Of a stretch of 41,798 nt of DNA, positions 12,701 through 24,732 are shown piece after piece; within the stretch, counting starts at the first letter, position 1; each line of letters begins with the position of its first letter. The translations under genes and the position numbers were made by a program. Where the stretch lies: the NCBI GenBank assembly GCA_002633005.1, contig NMRA01000123.1, positions 228,621 to 270,418 of the forward strand. The letters are read 5' to 3'. Origin of the DNA: Phoronis australis (lineage: Eukaryota; Animalia; Phoronida). Below the pieces are notes generated by a model. It was not told where the DNA came from, made no database searches, and saw nothing but the letters and a program-made list of their open reading frames with translations.

Positions 12701-15700
12701 ATTTTAAGGACAACCTAATCACAAGTTACAATTAAAATCCTCATGGGTTTCTTACCAGGGTCAATGTCCTTTGTGCAGTCGCGAGAGATGTGACCTGTAC
12801 CACTGCACCTGTAGCAACGCTCCAACTGCTCGTAACAGTCCCGCGCAAAGTGACCAAAACGCCTACATTTATAGCATCTCACTGTAATTCAAAGAAAGGA
12901 ACGTGTAACTACCAATAAACAATATGTACCAACAATATGTACCAACTCAAATCCACCTGCCGCCAAAGATAAAACACAGATGATTGCAGAGACTGGAGGT
13001 GCGTGTTTCACAGATCTCATCAGATTTTTGCTGAACATTTCCGACATTGCCCGATTTTTGCTGAACATTTCCGACTTCCGGCTCCTTACTTCCTGTTGTA
13101 ATTTAAGCACATATTTGACGTGTGCTGACTACCATGGTGGCAAATGCACTGATTTCACAAAATAAATGGAGGTATTGAGTGGGTGCCCAGCGTCACTATG
13201 GGTCGTTTATATGGTGAGCATGACCTCTAACAACAACGACCTGTAACTTCTTCACAGAAACCACTTCTCAACTGAGCAAGGAACAAGTTGACAACAGTAA
13301 GAGGTCTAACTTAAGTTCAGTTTCTTTGATGTTACGCCCGCTAAGCACATCTAAAACCAGAAACTTCTTGTGTCTGACTCTGAAGAACAATCAAAATTAT
13401 GTGACTTATCTCAAAAATCGATGCTAAAGATTTCCTTTGTACGATCGAACTTTATTTCCGTTGCTAATTGAAACACTTAAGATCATAATTACAAGTCAAA
13501 AAATGCATGAAAATCATCTAAGTTTACAAGATTTTACGAAATATGAAAGCTTGAATTTGGTCGCAAGTCACCTCTTGACGCTGTCATGATAAAGAAATTT
13601 TGACGTCATTTGATAGGCTAAATGAACTGCTTTCCGAATTTAAGTCGGAGCAGTACGTGGAACAAAAAATTTGGTCTCATCCTCCCACTTCACTATTGCC
13701 GAAAATAGGTTTAGTGAAGTAATTGTAAGTCCATCAGTCTAGAAATAATTCATAGATCTCAGCAGTAGATATTCCAAGAGGGCCACACTGCTAGACACGT
13801 TGATTCAGATTTCTAGCTCATCGGCTCAGTTTCTGCTATGCATTAACGAAGCACTAAACTGGTTCCAGGAGATCAGTGCAATGGGCCCACATGCGCAGCC
13901 TTCACAATTAAAACAGTAGTAGTTATGTGTATACTCTCAGAGACTTTGGACTTTACGACAACTGAGATTCAGATAATTATTTTTCAAAAATAATTGAATG
14001 TAGTGTAAGATCAAATTTCTGTCTTAAAGGAGCATACTTCCCAAAAACGATATATTTTGCAACAGTTTAGATTGACCACTTCTAATCAATAATGGCACAT
14101 TGAATCATTTTACCTGACAATATACGGCATGCGAAGGTACTGAACCTAGCCTGTGAATCTAAACCGTCTGCTGTGCCATTCAGCGACTGGGCATTTAACA
14201 GTATAAGATTATCCCTTGACTTTACCATTTTACACACATATAACACAAAACGTCAACGCAAAAATTCTAATCGATACATTGAATTTTCAAATTTTGTTTC
14301 ACAATTACAAATTTACAGAAATTCTGAATGTGGCTAGGCTCGGTGCCCAGCGAACATCCCGAGTTCAGCCGCGGAAAGCTTGGACCTGTTCGGTAATAAC
14401 TTAAATCGATTCTTCCATGAAATAAAGAAAGGAGGTCATCACCGTGTACAGTAAATAACACTAATGCTAATACTTCAGTTCTAGACAATCAAAATGCTCA
14501 GTACCATGCACTGGCTCGGGCGCTGGTCAGGCTGGCGGGTGAATGATCGTGAATATATCATACCAGGTCAGCCAGATCTGATGTGAAATATGAACACTAA
14601 CAAATTATGAAGACATAAACTTACACTCACGAATGCTCCAAATAATTACAAAATTGCTTACGAAGTAATCAGACTCTGATATAGTGTTCAAGCCAGATAA
14701 GACTGTTAGGATAAGAGCCACTTTAGTTGGATCTACGCACTGGAGTCAGCATGGCTGCTGGCAATGTCGATGTTGACGAACTCTCATCTGGTGAGTATTT
14801 TGAAGGTGAATCTCAAGGATTCTCAGGCTACCAGTTAGAGCCAGAGTTTACAGAGTACTAGGAAGAGTTGAAGAGGAGCCGCAAGCGTAAGCAAGAAACA
14901 TGGCAAGGGGCAAGAACCACAGAATTATGTGATGGTCCACCTTGATTTTGCACCTCATCTAAATAGATCAGTGCCAATGGCAGTTTTCAGGGCTGGGAAA
15001 AAAAACTGAAGAAAACAGGGGTCTATAAAGAAGTCTAACCAATGAGTACATCATCAAATAGCTGTTATAAAACATGTTTTCATGACTAGGAAGACAATTG
15101 TTCACCAATAAACCGTGCAGTACATTGAACTTTATAATGTCTGGGTATGGTCAACGTGCATTTCGATACCAAGAGATAAACAGCGCATTATGTTATTTTC
15201 TCTCATCGTTGGCCTCGTTCTTCACGATTTTATGATCAATTCAAAACTGGACAATAAGTATTCTGCATTTGGTTTGGTACCTGCAAGACTCAAACAATCA
15301 AACGATAAAATTATTAAAGGCTCCTCAACAAGCTCTAGCCCTGAACCTCAGTTCCTCCTCACCACAACTCAGCGTATGGTTGCCACCAACTTACAGTTTT
15401 ACGCAGGGCATGTTAGAGAATAAATATTGTAAATCGAAATCACTGTTGACAAAATGCCGTCTGCAAACATATTGGTGATTCGGTGCATCACACTTAAGTG
15501 CTGATTGTGAAAATCTTTCATTTTTAACTGTTGCAAGCGACTTCCGAAGCATGTCGGGATCTCGATGGAGCATAAAGGAGGACACCCTCCATTTTCCCTT
15601 GTAGATTCATAGCACAGTCTAGCAGCATACACTCAGTGTAAGAACTGATGACATCACCACTTAGTATACTCATACTCACCATCCTCACTGATTAATGGGT

Positions 15701-16247
15701 CTCTCGGCTCAGTGAGATCGACCAAATACAAGGCAATGTGGACACTGACTGATTAAAGCAGTAAAAAAAAAACGAAATAAATAAGTGTTAAGTCACTTTT
15801 CATGAAACAGACCCCTAAACTCGGTGAAATGTTTGGATACAGTAAACACAGGCAATTGCGAATGATGGCCATTTTTGAAGAGAAAAAACACATAATTCTG
15901 GTTCAAAAAAGAAAAATTACTCACGGTTGGCAAACATCACTCAAGGTAACAGAAAAATAGTTACCCCTCTCCCCCGTAGAACTGTCGCTGATTTACTTGT
16001 ACGGCCACTGCATCCTTTTTACCCCAGGGTCCTGGCAAGACTAAGGATAGTTAACGTTAGCTGCTCATAAATTAATGACAAAAGCGAACTTCAGAACTTC
16101 AACAGTTCAACAATCACAGATTAGGAACTTACCTCCCCCGCCACGCCGAGGGCGAGACATGCGTCCAGCGCCACCACCACCACCACTAGGACAGTTCCTG
16201 GCAATGTGACCACTTTGACCGCACGTAAAACACCCATCTCCACTCAT
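9668..16247 (-). CDS. CNBP: CNBP-like CCHC zinc-knuckle nucleic-acid-binding protein, 203 aa; join(16247-16133,12881-12756,10726-10468,9779-9668)
   Basis: Hand-spliced 612-nt CDS with GT-AG introns in phases 1,1,2: [203 protein letters not shown]. Eight C-x2-C-x4-H-x4-C knuckles and a Gly/Arg linker after knuckle 1, as in CNBP/Gis2/Byr3. Orthology versus paralogy not tested. Confidence 0.88.
10468..10726 (-). CDS. CNBP: CNBP-like coding exon 3 (knuckles 4-6, start of 7)
   Basis: ttccag|GGGCATGC ... TGCTATAA|gtaggt; overlaps track ORF 10464..10676. Confidence 0.93.
10827..11030. repeat. Minisatellite, 6 x 34 bp (ACTACCTTGCTGCAAATGAGGTCAAATTTACCAA)
   Basis: Six head-to-tail near-identical units with at most one substitution each and no spacers. 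Confidence 0.97.
11453..12094 (+). mobile_element. Penelope-like retroelement fragment: 3' GIY-YIG endonuclease remnant between ~165-bp inverted terminal repeats
   Basis: ORF 11600..11896 ...VHPKDP...CVIYQLSC...[17 protein letters not shown]...GVGEH...GH...[18 protein letters not shown] is the PLE Uri/GIY-YIG pattern. 11453-11614 is the reverse complement of 11927-12094. Lies in a CNBP intron. Confidence 0.85.
12013..12058 (+). ncRNA. Minimal hammerhead-ribozyme-like motif in the Penelope terminal repeat (second, diverged copy on minus strand at about 11486-11530)
   Basis: TTGACGA-A-GAACTGT-agagc-ACAGTTC-GAAA-CGTT: core boxes (C3U variant), perfect 7-bp stem II, palindromic AACGTT stem III; stem I weak. 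Confidence 0.6.
12756..12881 (-). CDS. CNBP: CNBP-like coding exon 2 (knuckles 2-3)
   Basis: ttacag|TGAGATGC ... GACCCTG|gtaaga; 126 nt, (V)[41 protein letters not shown]. Confidence 0.92.
13021..13075. repeat. Tandem duplication, 30-bp period (GATTTTTGCTGAACATTTCCGAC x2)
   Basis: Directly visible. Confidence 0.85.
14028..15640. mobile_element. Degenerate, internally deleted Kolobok-like DNA transposon (KolX/P2X7-ballast-like start on +, THAP on -)
   Basis: Left end TTAA|AGGAGC at 14024-14033. From 14751 (+) [36 protein letters not shown] carries the acidic Y(Q)xEP N-terminal motif. 15640-15391 (-) is a frameshifted THAP (C-x4-C ... RDPDMLRK ... [16 protein letters not shown]). Right end not found. 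Confidence 0.5.
16133..16247 (-). CDS. CNBP: CNBP-like coding exon 1 (knuckle 1 plus Gly/Arg linker); exon begins at 16261 with 14 nt of 5'UTR
   Basis: tttcag|gcagggctgtgagaATG ... GGGGGAG|gtaagt; translates [38 protein letters not shown]. Not in the ORF track. Confidence 0.9.
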
Positions 16248-18130
16248 TCTCACAGCCCTGCCTGAAATACAAACATGATACATATCGTATCAACATGATA
16301 CACTATCGTACAATCAAAATAACAGAGACAGCAACCCCTGCTGGACAACATGTCCATCCCCAACGGCACTTATACTCGTGGAAGGACTAGCATTTTAAAC
16401 AGCGGGTGTCAAAATTTGGATTGCTAAGTAAAAGTTGCAAAAAAAACACTTTCTTTTCACAGCATGTTTCAGTAAACGAGAGCAATGTGGAGCATTGAAA
16501 CGCACTGCAAATGGCGTGATTCTAGGGGAGTTTTTGATATCAGAATTGAGAAGGCCTTATTGTTTCTCTTAAAGCACAGAACTATTGCAAAATTTTATGA
16601 AAATTCACCCAGGAATTCCAAAGATACTGAGCCATACAGATAAAAATTGCCATTAAGCAGCCCAGCAGTAGTCAAAGCAGACCATCAATTGTCAAGTTAA
16701 AAGTAACCCACTTGCCAAATTGTGATCTTGCGAGGGGTTTAGTAGATACAGCCACAGATACAAAAATGTCATTAGGGGACACCACAGTAGTTGGACCCAC
16801 TAAGGGGGCAGAGCGGTAGCCAGGCCAGTCCAAAAGTTGCCATCGTCTGTTGCCTGATTTACAGGAAGACATCTGCCAAATTTCACAAAGATTGGCTAAA
16901 AGGTTGTAGCTTGCTTAAAAGGGAACTGTATTTTATTCTGAATAAATTCTGGATAGTTTTCCATGAATTGTTGATTAATTTCACAAATAATTCAACAACA
17001 AAAATTAAACTTATATTCTCTAACGAAGCTCAAAAAAAATACCGGCTTGGAGCGCTACTTAGTCTAGTTTGGTGGGGGCTGTCACTGTCCTATGTTAGCA
17101 TGCAATCAAGTAGCGTTTTTCATATTGTCGGAATAAGAAATTTTAGTGTGAAATGTCGGGTCACCAGGAATACCTGTTTGAGCCGAGGCAACACAAAGTG
17201 ATACCCAGTCATCGTCAGACGAAAATTTGCCGGTGCAACCAGTCCGTATCAACAATTTACAATGGTGTGACTGTGCAGTGGGCAATGTGGCCAGCCAGTC
17301 AGCCAGCTGTCAGCACTCAGCGCTGTTAACTTGAAGGGTTGGCCGGTAAGTTACCGACTATACCTGTTATGAAGACTATCGTACCACTGTGTGTTGAGCT
17401 CCTTTAACCCCAAAATTTCAGACAGCCGTTGACTACCCGGGTATAGTTGACTTATGCTCGTCCGGCACCTCCTCGTAAAACTTAGGCTACATCAACATAT
17501 AAAGCTCGGACCGGTGGGGGTGCATCTGGTAGTCACCCGACACTCCCACTGTTTGTTGCAAGCCGTTTAAGTGGAAAACAATCAAATAAACGTCATTTGG
17601 TACATAACTTGCCGCCTTTTTAACAAAGAAATGTCGTCCGTTCAAAAACAGCACGCTCGTGACACGGCGCACGCGCCATTTCCTAAAAATTTGAGATGTC
17701 TTTCGGGACATGATGACAGCTTCGCAGTACCAAGGTTGTTCAAAAATTCGGTTTGTTGGTATAAAAATACTAAAAACTTGTAACAAAATGAAACAAGTTC
17801 CTATAATTTGTTATAACATGTACGCAACCTAGGTACCGTCAGCGACGAACACTTGTTAAAAGAATCGGGGGGAAAAGAAACCGGTAAAGGTCAGGTGACG
17901 TAATCGCAAAAAGCCGACTCAAGAGAGAACACATCACAATTTTAGCAGCAGCCGATGAACGATCGCTAACTTTTCCAACACCGGTAAATATAGGCCTACA
18001 GAATTTATTTTTCTCTAGGAACCTGGTCCCTATGTTTACTCAAGGATGAGATTAGTTTTAATGACATTAAGTCAGACTTTATTTTCCATTTTTTACCCAT
18101 ATCGGCTCTTGAAAACCTGTAGGACTATAT

Positions 18131-18562
18131 TTAGTATATAGCTTTGGGCCAAGGCTTGCCGGTAACCCGACGATGGTATGCGATGACCATCCCTTTAGAA
18201 GACACCTTTTTCGAAGAGTTTGAGCAAGCAGGTGCCATACAAAAAGGCATAGCAAACCTTTTAAAGAACTGTGGCAAACAATAAAAAATAAAAAATAAGG
18301 ATGATTGATACAATGATAAATTACGATGCAAACTCTTCAAAATATGACATACTAGTAAGCAAATGAATGTGTAAAACAGCCTATACCCCGCCATTCACGT
18401 CACTGGCACATCAGCCAATCATCGATCGCTTTCAGAATTCAGTGTTTTGACCATGAATTCGAATTGGCTTTTGTTTGGCACGCAAGTCAGGCAAATATGA
18501 GTTTTATTTGTATGTTAGAACCGATTAACTGCAGCATTATTTTGACTACAGTCCCCTTTTAA
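18131..18562 (-). mobile_element. Second THAP N-terminal remnant near a Kolobok-like terminus
   Basis: ATG at 18250: MPFCMAPACSNSSKKVSSKGMVIAYHR (THAP C-x4-C-x-N...YH start), then truncated; ACTACAGTCCCCTTTTAA terminus-like sequence at about 18545-18562. Confidence 0.5.
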
Positions 18563-19459
18563 AACCACCAATTACTTTGTTTTGACAAGTGGCTGTATGT
18601 TACTAGCATCATTAAACCTTCCTTTATAGCAGTGCACACACAACTGTGAATTCAATATCCCAAAGACAAGAAAATCGGCTTCAACTAAAAGTTTCTTATG
18701 TCCACCGACAAGAGTGTGACGTATGAAAGTACCCACCACCAGTGTGTCATGTACACCAACACGCGAGATTCTTTTACAAACTCGTGTCATATCCGTGCAT
18801 CTCCAGAGTGTCACGGGAAGGAGGAAAAGGCCACAACGTGATCAAATACTGACTTTTCCCTTGTTACAAATGCCATTCTCACCATCCTTCATTACAACAT
18901 AAACCCCACAAAATGAGCGGCAACATCTGAAGACTTTTCACACTAAACACAATGGAGGAAGACCAATGCTGTGATCAGTTGTCCCGAATCTACGTATGCT
19001 CATAACTCAAGAATCAGCTAAAATTATCATGCAGCATGATAGTGTTTACAGGTAGGTTAATTTGACAGCTGATTGACTGGTGGGGTTGTTTTAGGCGTTT
19101 TTGATATGGAAGTGGTGGTTTTAGGCAGTCTAAGAGATATGAGTGGCCACCAAATGTAAAGGTGTCCTTCTATGCTCGAAAGGTTCTTACAATTGAGTTT
19201 TATCGATAGTGATTAAGTCAAGGCAAGGTGTACTTTGACAAAAAGCTTCGGGCATATATGAATAAAGGAAACAGCATAGACCATAGCCTAGGATGGTTGA
19301 ACTTAAAAAGCCTCTAAATTTGCCTTTAATGGGCAATGCAAGGTCCTTGATCAGTGCCATTCCCCTGTGAAAAGTATTTAATAATCACGCAAAATTCCTT
19401 TCATCAGGCCCAAAGTTCCTTTTCAATTAAAACATTCCTCTGAAGGTAGGAATCACTTC

Positions 19460-19880
19460 TACAAACATCCTGGATATATAGCCGTGGATTTTGTGACAGA
19501 TTTGACCACATACTTGATATATAAAGTCTTTCAGCTATACATCTTCTATGTCTGAAGACGTTGCTGCGCCAAATAAGAGCGGGATTTGTAAGAAAAGACA
19601 TGTCAGCTGCTTGAGGGTTTGCCAATAAAGGTTGACCACCAGGGTAGTGGAAATGTGCAGAGAGGGTCCCCTCAATCAAAGACTTCTCATCTCAGTAGGC
19701 ACAACCTTAGGCATACGTTTCGCGGTTGCAAGACTTGTAACTGCGAAATGTGTGCCTGAAGTGTAGTATGACTGTCTGAACTGTCAGCCAGCACAGTTAG
19801 CACAGATGGGGACCACCTCATAAGGTCGCTATACGCAGTCGCTGGAAGCTTTTTGGCAAAATATAGTCCCATCCACACAC
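19460..19880 (-). pseudogene. Degraded tyrosine recombinase C-terminus (DIRS/Ngaro/Crypton-type relic)
   Basis: Across frameshifts: FHYPGGQPL ... SYKSRS / FGAATS ... SMWSNLSQNPRLYIQ, resembling LF....G.PL ... YKSHSFRIGAAT ... GRW.S.A...YIR. Confidence 0.45.
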
Positions 19881-19921
19881 AAACTTGCCCTAGAACAACT
19901 TACGCCTACTTTTAAGTGGAG

Positions 19922-19969
19922 CACACACATGCACACACACACACACACACAAANACACACACACACACA
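19922..19969. repeat. (CA)n microsatellite containing an N
   Basis: Directly visible. Confidence 0.95.
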
Positions 19970-20510
19970 TCTGATAAGGCAGTGCACCGTGCATGACAAT
20001 TTGCAGCTAAAGCGAGTACAGCTGCTAAAGAAGACAATTTAGCCAGGGCTAAGCATAACTTGCACAAAATCTACTGGCGTACAGCCTACATATAATGTGC
20101 CGTCACCTACGACAAGTGATGACTGATAACCAGGTCAGACCAGGATGTAACAGCAACAGTGTTTTGTTGTTAAAAAGTATTTTACTCAATCAAGAGATAA
20201 GAATATTCTGTGGTTTGTTGCACCTGTTTCGTGATAATGAGCAAATTAGATTTCGATGTAGATGGCTGACCTATTGCACTTCTAAAATTCTTGACGGACC
20301 CATTACAACTTCGCGTGAATATGAATTACAAAATGGAACATATTCGGACGCAATTTGGAAGGTACGCGCCATTTTTGTTTACACACATTTCCGACGCAAA
20401 CTATCACGCAGATCATAAATTTGTAGATCCAAAATGATCTGTATTGATTCACACGTAAGTCTGGGCACTTACACAAGAACCTTGCAAGGCAATAATGTAG
20501 CATCATTTAC

Positions 20511-20600
20511 CTGAACGAACCGATTCTTCTCAAACAACTTCACCTTCCCCCTCCAGCTCACCTTCTCTCTGCGTGAACTTGAAATCTGACATAATCTCAA
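20511..20600 (-). other. Candidate non-coding first exon of the CNBP-like gene
   Basis: Coding exon 1 starts with an acceptor, so an upstream exon must exist. This purine-rich segment has donors CAG|gtaaat (GT at 20510-20509) and AAG|gtgagc (GT at 20561-20560). Inference only. Confidence 0.35.
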
Positions 20601-21154
20601 GATCGCGTATGCGTGAGCTTGGAATACACCAGGAAAGTAAGCAAGTTCACAACAATGATCACATTCACGCCCATAAACATTTCCACTGCACTAATGATAA
20701 TTACAGGTCAAAAATAATGTAAACTTTAACCAATCATCATTGGCTTTTTTAACTATTGACGATCTTATTCACCTGAGAGTTACGTGATTTGTACTCTTAG
20801 CTATTCACCAAACAATAAGTGATTAATCATTTGCATATTCCTCCGATTCTGTGACACAAGTTCCGGCAAAGCGGAACGTAAATAATCGTGAAGCCACTGA
20901 TACTTACATTCTTTCCACTGAACACTAATTTACCAGATTTCTAAGTGAATGTTTTACTCCAAGCTCGAGCGTATATGATCTTAAGACTACGCGAGATTTT
21001 AAGTTCACGCATAGCACCAACTGCAGGTAGGTAGCGCGCCAGTCTACGTTCGTCAACTCCCGGATTTTTCCGTAAATGTACGGTAAACAAACGGGGTCGT
21101 TTGCACTGACACCTCTCACTGAAACTGCCAGTGGTAGGCCTACGGGATGGGACC

Positions 21155-21406
21155 GGGGCCCGTTCCAAGAAACTGATTTAAGTTCATTTTTGACTTAAGT
21201 CTGATATTTGTCTCAAATCCCAAATTTTGAAACCTCCGCATAAGTCAAAATTAAGACAAAACTTGCGGTCAAACTTAAAATTTCTTTCTTGAAACGGTCT
21301 GTAGAAGACTAACCAAACCTCACTACACTCCTTGATTTAACCTTTATGGAATTTGCTAAAATTTAAGATTTGTCTTAGCTAAGTCAGGTTTGTTGTAACG
21401 GACCCC
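21155..21406. mobile_element. PIF/Harbinger-like MITE
   Basis: Imperfect TIRs GGGGCCCGTTCCAAGAAAC / GTTTGTTGTAACGGACCCC, with internal TTAAG/CTTAA-rich motifs. Confidence 0.6.
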
Positions 21407-22589
21407 AGTTCTACTTACTTGATGTGCTCAGTGCTCAGGCACGTACTATCGAGCAAGAACTCATCGGGAGTCCGACGGCGGATTGCGCTTTAACGGTTAA
21501 TTTGGGGGATCCGTTGGCATTTTTTAGTTTTAAAAAACTTCATGCGGAGTTGCAGGGCACAGTGGCAGACTAAACAAGTTGGCCTAGATAGGCCAGTATC
21601 CACCACGCGGCGACTCAAGCCGATTAAATAAGCCAACCTTTTAAAGCTGTCAACCGTGAATTTTGCTATATACGTACATGACAGCGTTTTTCCGTTCAGA
21701 GAGTGACTTTACCAGACGTAGGGGGTTCTGAGCGTGGGATAACATTTCAATGTTAAAAGCCAAGTACACTCTTTTGTCTGCTATGACAACAAGCAGGCCA
21801 CTTATCTACCAGGCTTATTACAGACCACGTGTGAACACAGTCAAACACAGTGAATTGGTGTCAGTATTCGGATAAAAAATAGATTGTCGCAACTTCGGTT
21901 GCAGTTGGGCGATTTTGGCGATTCAAAAACTAAACATGATCACCATTTCACGAAGATTTCAGAAATGCTATTGGTTTATGTTGAAATATGTTATAACTTA
22001 ACTTTTATTTTTAACAGCACAGCCCAGCCAAGTCAGGGTAGCAGATACGAATTGGAGATTATAGAGCAATTATCGAACAAAACAGAGCTGGCCCTCCAAC
22101 CATTAATGCCAGAATGGAGTTAATCAGTCGTGTAAGATATTGGCTACAGGGGTAAATTTCCCAACTTGTCGTTGGGCTATAGAATCGAACAGGTTGGGAG
22201 CAACGGGAAAACGCCGTAATGCCTAACAAAACATTCGTAATTCTCATTGGTTGGTGATTCAGACAATTTTAATTGTTAAAACAATTTGATGATCTAGTAA
22301 ATGTTGCTATTCACCCTACAGTACCTTCTCAGCACCTATAGTGTGATGATCAGTTCTCAGTCGACTCTACACATTGCTAGTGGGCCAACTACTGAAGCCC
22401 GGGGATTTTTGGACTCGGATATATACAAAGCCAACAGATACACCCTAAATATAGACTCTCGTTATTTCATGTGTGACTAACAGAGCTTTGGCAGGAACTT
22501 TACAAAAATTTTCAAAAGCTGACCAAAGGTAGTCTTGAAGAATTTTTCACTTTTCGAGTCATTTCAGTTCGCTGCAGATAACGCTTTCT

Positions 22590-23320
22590 AAATGTGACAA
22601 GAGACTGTCTCTATATCATATTTATATTACAAATGGATCATATCCTTTGTTCACGTGGTGCAGTTTTTCACACTACTTCGATTCCAAGACGGTGCTTCTA
22701 ATGTTGCCAATGGCAAATATTTGCTTTAAAGAAAAATTGCAACATTATTTTTTGCATACTAAACTGATTTTGAAATTTTCTATGTCTTTTCTTTAACTAA
22801 TTCCCCACATTTCAGCGCTATCAAGTAATAGGGCAACCACTGAGTCGAAGAGTTTGAATTCAACCTTTGCATTTCTAATAGAGTTCATGTTATGTAAACT
22901 TAGTGCTTGACAATATTAAGTGCTTTGTTTGACTGCTGGCCAAGTGTTCTACAACACACTGACCAATTTAGTCTTCATGAAAATACAATTCCTTAATGAT
23001 CATAGTAACCGCACACCTTTATTTCATTTCCTTCATAAAACTACTTTCCAGATTTCTTTAATTTCCTATTTTTAAATACAACTACATTAAACTTTTCTAT
23101 GTTTACAAACGTATTCCATTTCAGACAGAAACTTTAAAGGGCATTTAGCCGTCGTTGCAACTCCACGACAGACGGTAACCAAATAACACATCATCCGCAA
23201 AAAGCAATAAGAATATAGACTCCATATTTTAGGTCACTTGGAAACCAGATCTAGCTTCACTACTCATTTCAAGAGCTAATAGGTTTATATACATTGAAAT
23301 TCAATATTCAATATAATATA
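22590..23320 (-). mobile_element. Heavily decayed non-LTR retrotransposon (RTE-X-like) RT and C-terminal fragment
   Basis: Minus-strand frames give MYINLLALEM...IFLLLFADDV, VNIEKFNVVVFKN, FKLFDSVV..L...AEMWG and HRLGIEV...PREQRI*SICN, with stops and frameshifts. Confidence 0.7.
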
Positions 23321-23554
23321 CAAATATCAAATTTCATAGTTCAGTTGAAATTAAATAATTACATTAGAAACAATGATCAGTGTTTCATTTTCCAATCTAA
23401 AGTTACTTCGAATCCCGAAACATTCTAACAATATCTTATTTCTTGGGCGATTAGATCCCAACACTGTTGAGATTATCCTGAAACAGCTAATTAAAATGCT
23501 TCTAACAACTATTGACGGTGCTGCGCATCGTAATGGCTGAGAGCTACAAATCGA

Positions 23555-23714
23555 CAGTGCTGTAGTGGTAAAATTAGAGGTATGTAGGCGTCCAAAGCAC
23601 ACCGTATCACCTTGAGCACTGAACGTAACTTACGGTGCGTAGGCGCTACGTTCAAATGTCAAAAGGTGGTTGGCTGCGCCTACGTGCGCCTCAGTACGTC
23701 CCACTACAGCACTG
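23555..23714. repeat. Short foldback/MITE-like element
   Basis: Perfect 14-bp inverted ends CAGTGCTGTAGTGG / CCACTACAGCACTG. Confidence 0.55.
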
Positions 23715-24186
23715 CAAATCGACAAATGCCAGCCTACTAAAAACACGCAAATAGATGTTTGGTAAGAGAATAAACTCGATCAAGCGTGGACACTGAGCGT
23801 TTCAACCAATCAAATTGTTTCGAACTGCAGCGTTGCGATTGGTTTTCAAACTGTTCGGTGGCACGATCTCAGAATTAAATCACGTGATCTTGGCTGTTCT
23901 ATTTCAGATGGAAAATAGGGTTTCCTATTGGCGATTTAATAATCTATGCTTCAAGGCTCTAATTTAAAAGCGAAAATTGAAAATCGAAAATCGAGAAATG
24001 CACGATGGTTATGATTCATAACAACTTGTATCAATTTAATTAAAAATCGTGTCTATCGATCATCTCGGGTTTCGGGATTTTGAGTGACGCCTTAACTGAC
24101 CACTTAGAACTCATCATTCTTGACACACCATCGTTTCCAAGCCGCCATTTTACCCGACAAACAACACCTTGCAGGGGTAAAACCTA

Positions 24187-24340
24187 CCTCCCGTTCAGTA
24201 ACGCTAGGACCTCGCTAAAAACGGCAAGACTTCGCGAGATTACGTGAGATATTGCCGTGCCTTTTAAACAAAAGCACGTGACTTTGACTAGGTTTTAGCT
24301 AGGTCCTAGCGTAGGTCCTAGCGTCACTGAACGCACGCTA
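24187..24340. mobile_element. Short MITE; a second inverted, internally deleted copy lies at about 2791-2925
   Basis: Inverted ends CGTTCAGTAACGCTAGGACCT / AGGTCCTAGCGTCACTGAACG. Reverse complement aligns with 2791-2925 (GCTAAAA.CTAGTCAAAGTCACGTG...CACGGCAATATCTCACGTAAT). Confidence 0.75.
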
Positions 24341-24732
24341 GTCAACATTACACAAGGGGGCGGAGCCTGCGATAGGTCAATTCATTTGGAGTTGAATCTG
24401 GGAACAGGCTCTAGCACACTTTTTGTCGACAATCATTTTTTTTTAAATTTCGTATTGCATTTTCGAATTTAAATTAATATTCCAGATTTCAGTATTCAAT
24501 TTCAAAATTAAAAATGAACCGGAAACCTGAACAGAGATGGTATTTGCCAGGCCTAACGCTGACCAACACCTAAATCGCTACGATGAATTCATTTCCCAAC
24601 TCATTTGCCAACCTTGAACATTGAATGCTTATCGCCTGCTGTGGGTTTGGGATAGCCCAGTCGGTATCACAGCACCCGCAGCCCTTGGTGAGTGGCTCTT
24701 CCTTTGTTTGGGGGTTAGGGTTCGAAGAAAGA

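Noticed and set aside
14024-17407. Single Kolobok element (TTAA|AGGAGC ... GCTCCT|TTAA) enclosing CNBP coding exon 1
   Set aside because: The inverted match is only 6 bp beyond TTAA and breaks immediately; more likely ends of separate elements or chance.
22343-22395. C/D box snoRNA (GTGATGA ... CTGA)
   Set aside because: Too short, no terminal stem, no recognisable rRNA guide and no host intron on that strand.
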